Origin: a virus
Taxonomy: Duplodnaviria; Heunggongvirae; Uroviricota; Caudoviricetes
Reading direction: 5' to 3' (one strand)
IMG/VR virus record: IMGVR_UViG_3300028048_001599
Length of the DNA: 64,000 nt
How positions within the stretch are numbered: position 1 is the first letter of the stretch; every line of letters begins with the position of its first letter. Under the pieces are notes generated by a model that was not told where the DNA came from, ran no database searches, and worked only from the letters and a program-made list of their open reading frames with translations. Positions 39,131 to 46,928 of this stretch are shown here, piece by piece. The position numbers and the translations under genes are program-made.

Positions 39131-41332
39131 ATGCGGATTATTAAGCGAGATTCTTCAGAAGAGATATTTGACGTTAATAAGATTGTGAACGCTATTTCAA
39201 AGGCTAATTCTGCCACAGATGAAAATAATATAGCACCTGAGAAAATCAGGGATATAGCTGAGTATGTAGAATATAAATGTTCTAAATTAAGTCGAGCTGT
39301 ATCTGTTGAAGAAATTCAGGACATGGTAGAGAATCAGATTATGGCTGTTGGTGCATTTGAAGTAGCAAGAAATTATGTACGGTATCGTTATAAGAGGTCA
39401 CTTGAAAGACAGACTTCTGTTACTGACGCAAAAATTATCAGTCTTATTGAATGTAACAATGAAGAAGCAAAACAGGAGAACAGTAATAAAAACCCAGCTA
39501 TAAATAGTGTTCAGCGAGACTACATGGCAGGTGAAGTAAGCCGTGATTTAACAAAGCGTAAGTTACTCCCACCTGAAATTGTAGAAGCTCACGAAAGGGG
39601 TATTATACATTTCCATGATACTGATTACTATGCTCAGCACATGCACAATTGTGACCTTGTAAATCTTGAGGATATGTTACAAAATGGGACAGTTATTAGT
39701 GGTACAATGATAGAAAAGCCACACAGTTTTTCTACAGCTTGTAACATTGCAACTCAGATAATAGCACAGGTGGCATCTAATCAATACGGCGGTCAGAGTA
39801 TAAGTCTTACCCATCTTGCTCCTTTTGTTGACATTTCAAGAAAAAAGATTAAAAATGCAATTATCGAGGAACTTGAAGTGACTGGAACAGAGATGTCCGA
39901 GGAAAATATAAATAAGATTACTGAAATGCGTTTAAGAAAAGAGATTGAAAAAGGTATTCAGACTATACAGTATCAGGTTGTAACCTTACTCACAACTAAT
40001 GGTCAAGCACCTTTCTTATCTGTATATATGTACCTTAACGAGGCTCGTAATGAACAGGAAAAAGCAGATCTTGCCGTGATTATTGAAGAAACGTTAAAAC
40101 AAAGAATATTAGGGGTAAAAAACGAGAAGGGTGTAAGTATTACACCAGCTTTTCCGAAGTTAATATATGTTCTTGAAGAAGATAATATTCACGAAGGTGA
40201 TAAATATTGGGATTTGACAGTGCTTGCTGCAAAATGCACTGCCAAGAGAATGGTTCCTGATTACATATCAGAAAAGGTGATGCTTGAGTTAAAAGGTGAT
40301 GTATACACATGTATGGGTTGTCGTAGTTTCTTAACACCTGATGATTTTACAGATAAGGGTGTCGGAAACATTGCGAGAGCTAAAAATTATATACCTGGTA
40401 AACATAGATATTATGGTCGTTTCAATCAAGGGGTAGTTACTGTAAATCTTGTGGATATTGGTTTATCTGCAAATAAAGATATGAACAAATTCTGGGAAAT
40501 ATTCGATACAAGAATGGCACTTTGTCACAAAGCTTTAAGATGTAGACATGAGCGTCTAAAGGGTACACTGTCAGATGCAGCTCCTATTTTGTGGCAATAT
40601 GGGGCACTTGCACGTCTTGATAAGGGTGAAAAGATTGACGAATTACTGTATAATGGTTATTCAACAATATCATTGGGGTATGCTGGACTTTGGGAGTGTG
40701 TATACAGTCTTATAGGCAAGAAGTTGACTGAGCCAGAGGGTAAAGAACTCGGACTTGAGATTATGCGTAAACTTAATGAATACTGTGCTAAATGGCGGTC
40801 TGAGGAAAACATAGCTTATAGTTTATACGGTACACCTCTTGAGTCTACCACATATAAGTTTGCAAGATGTTTACAGCAACGTTTTGGTGTCATAAAGGGG
40901 GTAACAGATAAGAACTACATTACTAATTCTTATCATGTACATGTAACTGAACCTATTAACGCATTTGATAAACTTAAGATTGAATCAGAATTTCAGGCTC
41001 TTTCACCAGGTGGTGCTATAAGTTATGTAGAAGTTCCAAACATGACAAATAATATACCTGCTGTGTTAGCAATAATTCAATTTATATACGATAACATCAT
41101 GTATGCAGAACTAAACACAAAGAGTGATTATTGTCAATGTTGTGGGTATGATGGTGAAATTGAGATTGTAAAAGATGATGACAAACTCATTTGGAAATGT
41201 CCTAACTGTGGTAATACTGACCAGGACAAGTTAAATGTTGCAAGACGTACTTGTGGCTATATTGGGACTCAGTTTTGGAATCAGGGGCGTACTCAGGAGA
41301 TAAAAGAACGTGTTATTCATCTTTGTTGTTAA
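39131..41332 (+). CDS. nrdD: anaerobic (class III) ribonucleoside-triphosphate reductase
   Basis: N-terminal ATP cone (IIKRD...FD..KI..AI), HFHDTDY, CMGCRS, FNQGVV, C-terminal CxxC...CxxC and RRTCGYIG glycyl-radical loop. Confidence 0.96.
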   Translation: MRIIKRDSSEEIFDVNKIVNAISKANSATDENNIAPEKIRDIAEYVEYKCSKLSRAVSVEEIQDMVENQIMAVGAFEVARNYVRYRYKRSLERQTSVTDAKIISLIECNNEEAKQENSNKNPAINSVQRDYMAGEVSRDLTKRKLLPPEIVEAHERGIIHFHDTDYYAQHMHNCDLVNLEDMLQNGTVISGTMIEKPHSFSTACNIATQIIAQVASNQYGGQSISLTHLAPFVDISRKKIKNAIIEELEVTGTEMSEENINKITEMRLRKEIEKGIQTIQYQVVTLLTTNGQAPFLSVYMYLNEARNEQEKADLAVIIEETLKQRILGVKNEKGVSITPAFPKLIYVLEEDNIHEGDKYWDLTVLAAKCTAKRMVPDYISEKVMLELKGDVYTCMGCRSFLTPDDFTDKGVGNIARAKNYIPGKHRYYGRFNQGVVTVNLVDIGLSANKDMNKFWEIFDTRMALCHKALRCRHERLKGTLSDAAPILWQYGALARLDKGEKIDELLYNGYSTISLGYAGLWECVYSLIGKKLTEPEGKELGLEIMRKLNEYCAKWRSEENIAYSLYGTPLESTTYKFARCLQQRFGVIKGVTDKNYITNSYHVHVTEPINAFDKLKIESEFQALSPGGAISYVEVPNMTNNIPAVLAIIQFIYDNIMYAELNTKSDYCQCCGYDGEIEIVKDDDKLIWKCPNCGNTDQDKLNVARRTCGYIGTQFWNQGRTQEIKERVIHLCC

Positions 41333-41487
41333 TCAGGTTAAATAATTAGCACATTTTGTTATAACTATTTAGGTTATTAACTTGTAAAGGTGTGTTGATT
41401 ATGTTAAACTGGTTTATAGTCATGGTATTATTCATGTCCGAGAGAAAGCACAGGGGTAGCTAAGTTAATGAGGGCACAGGGTGTCCC

Positions 41488-41555
41488 GCAGGTATACAGG
41501 TTCGAGTCCTGTAAAGACAAGTTCGATTCTTGTCAGTGTATGGTACGAAACCTGC
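41488..41555 (+). ncRNA. element with two tandem T-loop hairpins inside a closing stem
   Basis: GCAGGT/ACCTGC enclosing TACAGG-TTCGAGT-CCTGTA and GACAAG-TTCGATT-CTTGTC. Confidence 0.5.
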
Positions 41556-41560
41556 CTTGA

Positions 41561-41629
41561 TGCAGTATGCGTAGGTCGCACGACATCTTCATACGGTGTC
41601 TTATGCAGGTTCGATTCCTGCTACTGCAA
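41561..41629 (+). tRNA. atypical tRNA with CAT anticodon
   Basis: TGCAGTA/TACTGCA acceptor, mini D arm with no 8-9 linker, 6-bp anticodon stem, loop TTCATAC, canonical T arm. Confidence 0.55.
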
Positions 41630-41636
41630 TTTATCT

Positions 41637-42015
41637 GGGGATGTAACGGTTTCGACAGGGTACGTGAGGTATGTTAAGCAAGCAGGCGGTCAGTCGCCTT
41701 ATATACTGAAACTTCAAAATAAACGCTACTAGAAATAGCAGACCTGTTGCACTTGCTGCCTGATTGGGCAGTAGCAACAGCTTGAGGCATGACCTCAAGT
41801 GCATCTTATGATAGTACCACGGATTGTAAGATGTATGGACAAGTGGTGAACGAAGTAGGGGTATGTCAAGACCACGACTTTGTATATTGACTACTGTGGT
41901 ATAAAACCTGTTTGTCGGTGTTATACTTTGGGAAATTTTAATAGATAAACTAAGCTTGTAGAAAAACATATTGAAGGTATTTTGGACAGGGGTTCGATTC
42001 CCCTCATCTCCACCA
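41637..42015 (+). ncRNA. ssrA: tmRNA; predicted tag (A)ATRNSRPVALAA* at 41725-41763
   Basis: GGGGATGTAACGGTTTCGAC 5' end, G3-U70, GGTTCGATTCC T arm, ACCA end; tag ends ALAA. Confidence 0.95.
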
Positions 42016-42189
42016 TAGTATATGAGGTGATTTACATGAACAAGTATTCTGAAATAAGTTATAACAATAAAAATATGTGTGATACACGATGAAGACTGAC
42101 AGATAAGCATGTTCAAACTTTCGATTTGATGGACTTAAGTAAACACCATTTGCTTATTAAGTATATTAAAATTGAGAAAGGTGGTTCAC

Positions 42190-42408
42190 ATGGCAGATTT
42201 TGAATTTGACATTGTAGAAGAAATAGGGGTACTCTCTGAGAGTAGACGTGGTTGGACTAGGGAACTGAACTTGGTTTCTTGGAATGGAGCTGACCCGAAG
42301 TATGATATACGTGACTGGTCGCCTGACCATGAGCGTATGGGTAAAGGTATTTCATTGAGTGTTGACGAGTTTAATGCTTTAAAAGAGATACTTGCAAATA
42401 CGGATTAA
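42190..42408 (+). CDS. YdbC/PC4-like ssDNA-binding protein
   Basis: FDIVEEIGVLSES.RGW..ELNLVSWNG..PKYDIRDWSPDH.RMGKGISL. Confidence 0.85.
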   Translation: MADFEFDIVEEIGVLSESRRGWTRELNLVSWNGADPKYDIRDWSPDHERMGKGISLSVDEFNALKEILANTD

Positions 42409-42421
42409 CAGGGGTGATTTT

Positions 42422-42667
42422 ATGATTATAGGCTTTGCAACTCAGTCTATGGATTTAACTACAATTTTTGTAGAACTCAGTCGTAAGGTTAGTGCTGAAA
42501 CAATAAAAAAGCTTGAGGGTAACCTTGATAAGTTTGTAGAAAATTACGGAGCACGTAACAATGGTGACTACAGTGGTTTCAATATTTATGCAGCTGTTGA
42601 AACAGTTATGAACAGGTCAAGATTAAAATGGAGATTTTTGAAGCCTGATGTATACATTTACTTCTAA
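42422..42667 (+). CDS. hypothetical protein
   Basis: ATG 42422 after GGGGTGA. Confidence 0.55.
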   Translation: MIIGFATQSMDLTTIFVELSRKVSAETIKKLEGNLDKFVENYGARNNGDYSGFNIYAAVETVMNRSRLKWRFLKPDVYIYF

Positions 42668-42748
42668 TTTGTTAATTTTGGACAAAAATCTGGTCGAAAA
42701 AAGGCATTTTCTTGTTAGATTTTTTCTTAGAATATTTTGAATATCCTA

Positions 42749-42777
42749 TTGACAAAGTTAGAAATTGATGTTATAAT
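42749..42777 (+). promoter_or_regulatory. consensus sigmaA promoter for the second tRNA/ro60 block
   Basis: TTGACA-17-TATAAT with TG. Confidence 0.85.
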
Positions 42778-42830
42778 TAATGTGTTCTTAAAAGTAGGTG
42801 AATTAAATAAGTTATTCGCCTACTTGTTTT

Positions 42831-42904
42831 GGTTCAATAGTTCAGTTGGTTAGAACGCCGCCCTGTCACGGCGGAGGTCAGGGGTTCGACTCCCCTTTGA
42901 ATCG
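42831..42904 (+). tRNA. trnD: tRNA-Asp(GTC)
   Basis: canonical cloverleaf, loop CTGTCAC, G73. Confidence 0.94.
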
Positions 42905-42907
42905 CTC

Positions 42908-42967
42908 ATGTAGGTAGGACAAACGATGTCTGTACGACATATTGGAATAAGTACCTTGTACCTACAT
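42908..42967 (+). ncRNA. small three-stem motif, copy 1
   Basis: AAACG-loop hairpin + GAYATATTGGAATAA-loop hairpin in a closing stem; second copy at 46863. Confidence 0.5.
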
Positions 42968-43025
42968 TTATATAGTAATCACAATCAAGTAGGCTCACGC
43001 CTCTTGATTAGTGTATTACATTTGT

Positions 43026-43112
43026 GGAGGAGTAAGCATAGTTGGTACTGCAGCGGATTGCTAATCCGTTACACTTGTTAAAGTGTCATAGGTTCAAGTC
43101 CTATCTTCTCCG
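43026..43112 (+). tRNA. trnS: tRNA-Ser(GCT)
   Basis: class II cloverleaf, loop TTGCTAA, G73. Confidence 0.92.
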
Positions 43113-43185
43113 TTGTTCATATAACACTCCTAATTTTGTGGTACATTGAGAAATTGGTGTACCACTTTTGAAAGGGTCGATAATT

Positions 43186-43401
43186 ATGGTAAATAAACGT
43201 ATTGTTCAGTATGTTAAATCGGTATACAAGAAGGGTGACAGAGTTGTCTGTTATGATATGACTGACCCTTATGTGCCTATTCAGTATGGTACTGAAGGTA
43301 CTGTAATGTTCGTTGACGATATCGGTACTATCCATGTTTTATGGGATAATGGTCGTACCATAGGTTTGGTATATGGCGAGGATAGCTTCGCAAAATGTTA
43401 G
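43186..43401 (+). CDS. DUF4314-domain protein
   Basis: GDRV...MTDPY.PI..GTEGTV..VDDIGTIHV.WDNG..IGL..GED. Confidence 0.8.
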   Translation: MVNKRIVQYVKSVYKKGDRVVCYDMTDPYVPIQYGTEGTVMFVDDIGTIHVLWDNGRTIGLVYGEDSFAKC

Positions 43402-43523
43402 GGGGTAGTACAAATGCGTAGGTTTTACTACTATGTAGGTATACGTAACCTTAATGGTATTGACTCATTTGTAGTTAAGACTCTTAAAAAGAGTAATGAG
43501 CATCTTACTGTAAGAAAATATTA

Positions 43524-43598
43524 GGATTGTTAGCTCATTTGGTCGAGAGCATTCGGCTCATAACCGAACGGTGGTAGGTTCGAATCCTACACAATCCA
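43524..43598 (+). tRNA. tRNA-CAT, probably Ile2 (lysidine) or elongator Met
   Basis: canonical cloverleaf, loop CTCATAA, G1G2A3 acceptor like Firmicutes Ile2. Confidence 0.88.
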
Positions 43599-43697
43599 TT
43601 AGGGAAAGAGTAATGTCAGGTATTCACGACTTACGAGAGTCTGGGTACGGAATTAGGGTCGCATTACTTAGGCAGGTATGGGGTGAACCTGCTATTA

Positions 43698-43774
43698 TCG
43701 ACATTGTAGACAGAAGTTACTTCACAGCAAATGAAATGGTTTTGAATCCTATTACTTCTGTTGATTTTATTCGA
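43698..43774 (+). ncRNA. Y-RNA-like motif, copy 4, ~80 nt upstream of ro60
   Basis: CATTGTA, GACAGAAGT/ACTTCTGTT, TACTTCA, GATTTTAT; loop has a degenerate T-loop GGTTTTGAATCC. Confidence 0.65.
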
Positions 43775-43853
43775 CTTTATATTAAAATATGACATTGATT
43801 GTCAGTAATATAAAGCCAATCAGACATTGTTTTATTCTGAAAGGGGTAGTAAA

Positions 43854-45311
43854 ATGAGTAAATTTAACAGCACAACTATCGGTAAGTCAAAGACTGTCAA
43901 TAAAGAGGGTCACGTTGCGTACAAGATGGGCGAAAAAGAGAAGTTGGTTTCAATGGTACTAACTTCATTTTTTAACGAATCTAAGTTTTACGGGGACAAC
44001 TCTGAGGAACTTGTAGAGACACTTATAAACGTCATTAAGGAAGACCCGAAATTTGTTTCCAATCTTGCAGTATTTGCACGTAGGGAGTTTAACATGAGGT
44101 CTGTATCTCAGGTACTTACTGCATATCTTGCCAATATTGTAGAGGGAAAACCTTACGTAAAAGAAACGATAAGGGGTATTGTTGGTCGTGGTGATGACAT
44201 AACGGAGTTGCTGTCTTTTTATTTGAGCACATTCGGCAAGCCTATACCTAACTCGTTGCGTAAAGGTATTAATCGTGTTTTCACGTCTTTTAATGAATAC
44301 ACTCTTGCTAAGTACAAGGGTTCAAAGAAGGGCGTTAAAATGAAGGATGTTATTAACATCTGTCACCCATCTCCTAAAAACGAGGAGCAGTCACAGATGT
44401 GGAAACGTTGTCTTGAAGACAGCCTGCAAGTACCGTACACGTGGGAAGTAGAAATAGCAAAGAGGGGTAATACCAAAGAGGTTTGGGAGGAACTTATAGA
44501 CTCAGACAAAGTTGGGTATATGGCACTTCTTCGTAATCTTCGTAACATAGCAAATGCAGAGGTATCAAACCTCGATAAGGTTCTTGATATTATCTCTGAC
44601 CCTGAACGTATCCGTAAGTCGAAACAGTTACCGTTCCGTTATCTGTCAGCTTACTTAGCCTTGAGGGGTAATCCTTGTATTAATGCTAATGTACCTTATT
44701 CTAAGATTTTTTCAGCACTTGAAAAGGCTGTCAATATATCTGCTGAAAATATGCCTAAGTATAAAGGTAGAACAGTTATTGCCATTGATGTTTCGGGTTC
44801 AATGTCGAGGGGAGGGGTAGGTAAACAGTCTGATGTAACTCCTATTCAAATTGCTTCAGTACTTGGACTGCTTGCAAACAAGATGTGTGAAGATAGTATA
44901 GTATACCTATTTAATGACAGCATTAAGACTTTGGCAGTTTCAGAGTACACACCTGTTCTTGAAACGGCAGTAACCATGAATGCAGGTGGGTTTACATATA
45001 TGGAGTTACCCATTATCGAGTTGTGTGAGAGAAACATTAAGGCTGACCGTATTATTTACATTTCTGATAATCAGTCTAACAGTGTGAGCGCACTGGCGGT
45101 ACAGGGTTGGCTTAATGAGTACCGTAAGATTAGTCCTGACTGTTGGCTTCACGCTATTGATATAGAAGGGTACGGTACACAGCAATTTTGTGGTAAGAAT
45201 ACCAATATTATTGCAGGGTGGTCTGAGAAGGTGCTTGACTTTATACCAATGGCAGAACAAGGGGTATCTTCTCTTATAGACGTTATCGAACAATATGTTT
45301 GGTATGACTAA
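43854..45311 (+). CDS. rsr: Ro60/Rsr RNA-binding protein (TROVE + vWA)
   Basis: VNKEGHVAY, FARREFNMRS, LAKYK, TWE, GYMALLRNLRN, QLPFRYLSAY; MIDAS DVSGSM; ATG 43854. Confidence 0.93.
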   Translation: MSKFNSTTIGKSKTVNKEGHVAYKMGEKEKLVSMVLTSFFNESKFYGDNSEELVETLINVIKEDPKFVSNLAVFARREFNMRSVSQVLTAYLANIVEGKPYVKETIRGIVGRGDDITELLSFYLSTFGKPIPNSLRKGINRVFTSFNEYTLAKYKGSKKGVKMKDVINICHPSPKNEEQSQMWKRCLEDSLQVPYTWEVEIAKRGNTKEVWEELIDSDKVGYMALLRNLRNIANAEVSNLDKVLDIISDPERIRKSKQLPFRYLSAYLALRGNPCINANVPYSKIFSALEKAVNISAENMPKYKGRTVIAIDVSGSMSRGGVGKQSDVTPIQIASVLGLLANKMCEDSIVYLFNDSIKTLAVSEYTPVLETAVTMNAGGFTYMELPIIELCERNIKADRIIYISDNQSNSVSALAVQGWLNEYRKISPDCWLHAIDIEGYGTQQFCGKNTNIIAGWSEKVLDFIPMAEQGVSSLIDVIEQYVWYD

Positions 45312-45348
45312 TATTTCAAGACCTTGAGTGTTTCTCAAGGTCACTCGA

Positions 45349-45422
45349 TGAGGTATGGCCTAATGGTAGGGCATCAGACTTTGACTCTGTGTGTATGGGT
45401 TCGACTCCCGTTACCTCAGCCA
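45349..45422 (+). tRNA. trnQ: tRNA-Gln(TTG)
   Basis: cloverleaf, loop CTTTGAC, U1-A72, G73 + CCA. Confidence 0.93.
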
Positions 45423-45489
45423 CGTGTTAGTAATTATGTCAAGCGAGGACTGAGTGATATATTAGAATAAGCTCTTACTAACAAAATAT

Positions 45490-45571
45490 GGGGGTATGCT
45501 GGAATTGGCAGACAGGGAAGACTCAAAATCTTTTGCAGCAATGCGTGTGGGTTCAAGTCCCACTACCCCCA
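45490..45571 (+). tRNA. trnL: tRNA-Leu(CAA)
   Basis: class II cloverleaf, loop CTCAAAA. Confidence 0.93.
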
Positions 45572-45663
45572 CTACAAATTGGATAGATGCACCATTTTGA
45601 TTATGCTATATAAGTAATATTGTTGGAACACATAAAATAGACAATGAGGGACTGGGTGATTAA

Positions 45664-45828
45664 ATGCATTATTATGTATACGGTAGACATTACCAGACAG
45701 GTAGGGAAGAATATATAGGTACTTATGATACTATGTTGGAGGCTATACAGAAAATTGCTTTTTGTTATCATATAGATAGTACTTCAGGTTTTGGTCTGCA
45801 ATATTACTATTTTATGAAACAGCATTAA
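45664..45828 (+). CDS. small hypothetical protein (54 aa)
   Basis: GGGTGA RBS, MHYYVYGRHY... Confidence 0.45.
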   Translation: MHYYVYGRHYQTGREEYIGTYDTMLEAIQKIAFCYHIDSTSGFGLQYYYFMKQH

Positions 45829-46021
45829 GTATATGGGGTATATACCTTTGTACACATTTATTATATTATAAAGAAGTGATTATATGTATATTCTGTATGA
45901 AATCGAATGTATAAAAGGAATACCGTATATAACTTGTAAGGGGTACGCCTCTTGTAAATTTATAGCATCAAATTGGGTATCTGAAAAGCCGGATATTCGT
46001 ATTTATGTAAATTATTAAAAT

Positions 46022-46097
46022 CGGGGTATAGCGCAGTTGGTAGCGCGCCTGCTTTGGGAGCAGGATGTCGGGGGTTCGAGTCCCTCTACTCCGACCA
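46022..46097 (+). tRNA. trnP: tRNA-Pro(TGG)
   Basis: canonical cloverleaf, loop TTTGGGA, CCA. Confidence 0.95.
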
Positions 46098-46236
46098 TAC
46101 AAACTAAGACACCGAGCAAGGCTTAGGAAGTTATCAGTACCGATGTAGTGTCTATCAAGGTATTGGCTCAGGCATACACGAGGTAAAGTGTTCGTACAAA
46201 CGGTATGTTGAATAAGCAGTATGTTAAGAATTACCG

Positions 46237-46275
46237 TGACAAATTGGAGAGTCAGTTGACAGCCGGAAAGACGGC
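46237..46275 (+). repeat. tandem GAAAGA-loop hairpin motif, copy 3
   Basis: TGACA-AATTG-GAGAGT-CAGTT-GACA-GCCG-GAAAGA-CGGC. Confidence 0.7.
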
Positions 46276-46285
46276 ATTTATATAT

Positions 46286-46362
46286 TGCAGAGTAGTAGCA
46301 GTGGTTAGCTCGTCAGGTTCATATCCTAAAGGTCAGTGGTTCGAGTCCATTCTCTGCAACCA
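46286..46362 (+). tRNA. trnM: tRNA-Met(CAT), initiator-like
   Basis: AGCTCGTCAGG-TTCATAT-CCTAA-AGGTC resembles fMet; AACCA end; one anticodon-stem mismatch. Confidence 0.8.
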
Positions 46363-46482
46363 TATAAATTAGGTGCAACTTTTACATAGTTGTTAAATGT
46401 CCAATGAGGTGAAGTACTGAGTTAAACATCGTTAAGCATGGAGTAGCAGGGATACTTAAAGAGGAAACAGCCTATAATACGT

Positions 46483-46555
46483 GTGTCCGTAGCTCAGTGG
46501 GTAGAGTAAAGGACTGAAAATCCTTGTGTGAGTGGTTCAATTCCATTCAGCAGCA
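46483..46555 (+). pseudogene. degenerate tRNA-Phe(GAA)
   Basis: intact D, anticodon (CTGAAAA) and T arms; three acceptor-stem mismatches. Confidence 0.6.
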
Positions 46556-46561
46556 TTAAAA

Positions 46562-46638
46562 GTAATAGTAGCTCAAAGTGGTAGAGCAACGTACACTTGA
46601 ACTGGCGTGTGTTGCAGGTTCGAGTCCTACCTATTACT
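46562..46638 (+). tRNA. aberrant tRNA with extended/bulged anticodon arm (TGA-like loop)
   Basis: perfect acceptor GTAATAG/CTATTAC, D and T arms; anticodon arm ACGT-a-CA-CTTGAAC-TG-GCGT; short variable loop. Confidence 0.5.
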
Positions 46639-46645
46639 TTTATAT

Positions 46646-46717
46646 GCACCATAGATTATACGGTGTGGTAGTTGTCTGCAAAGTAACTTTTAGTAGGTTC
46701 GACTTCCACATGGTGCT
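46646..46717 (+). pseudogene. degenerate tRNA-Cys(GCA)
   Basis: GCACCAT/ATGGTGC acceptor, U73, loop CTGCAAA; weak D and T stems. Confidence 0.55.
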
Positions 46718-46777
46718 TTAATTTAATATTATTTTTTTTTGAGTGCGACTGGATTTTTCCATTTTTTTCATCCTTTT

Positions 46778-46860
46778 GACTGAGTACATCACTGTATTGT
46801 GATGTATTTAGTCTAAAGTATATAAATACTATATACTTTAGACTGAGTACAAAAACTCAG
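46778..46860. repeat. cluster of three overlapping inverted repeats
   Basis: 15-bp stem 46778-46813, perfect 15-bp IR 46810-46844, 6-bp IR 46843-46860; direct repeat GACTGAGTACA. Confidence 0.75.
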
Positions 46861-46862
46861 TA

Positions 46863-46917
46863 GTGGGAATTACGTCAAACGTGGACTGTGCGATATATTG
46901 GAATAAGCACTTCCCAC
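46863..46917 (+). ncRNA. small three-stem motif, copy 2
   Basis: same loops as 42908 with covarying stems (GTAC/GTAC vs GTGC/GCAC). Confidence 0.5.
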
Positions 46918-46928
46918 ATTAATTAGGT

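Noticed and set aside
32141-43792. ORF-track entries over structured RNAs (32141, 32259, 35528, 36467, 37501, 41481, 41631, 43571)
   Set aside because: No RBS or protein-like composition; they overlap tRNA, tmRNA or clear RNA motifs.
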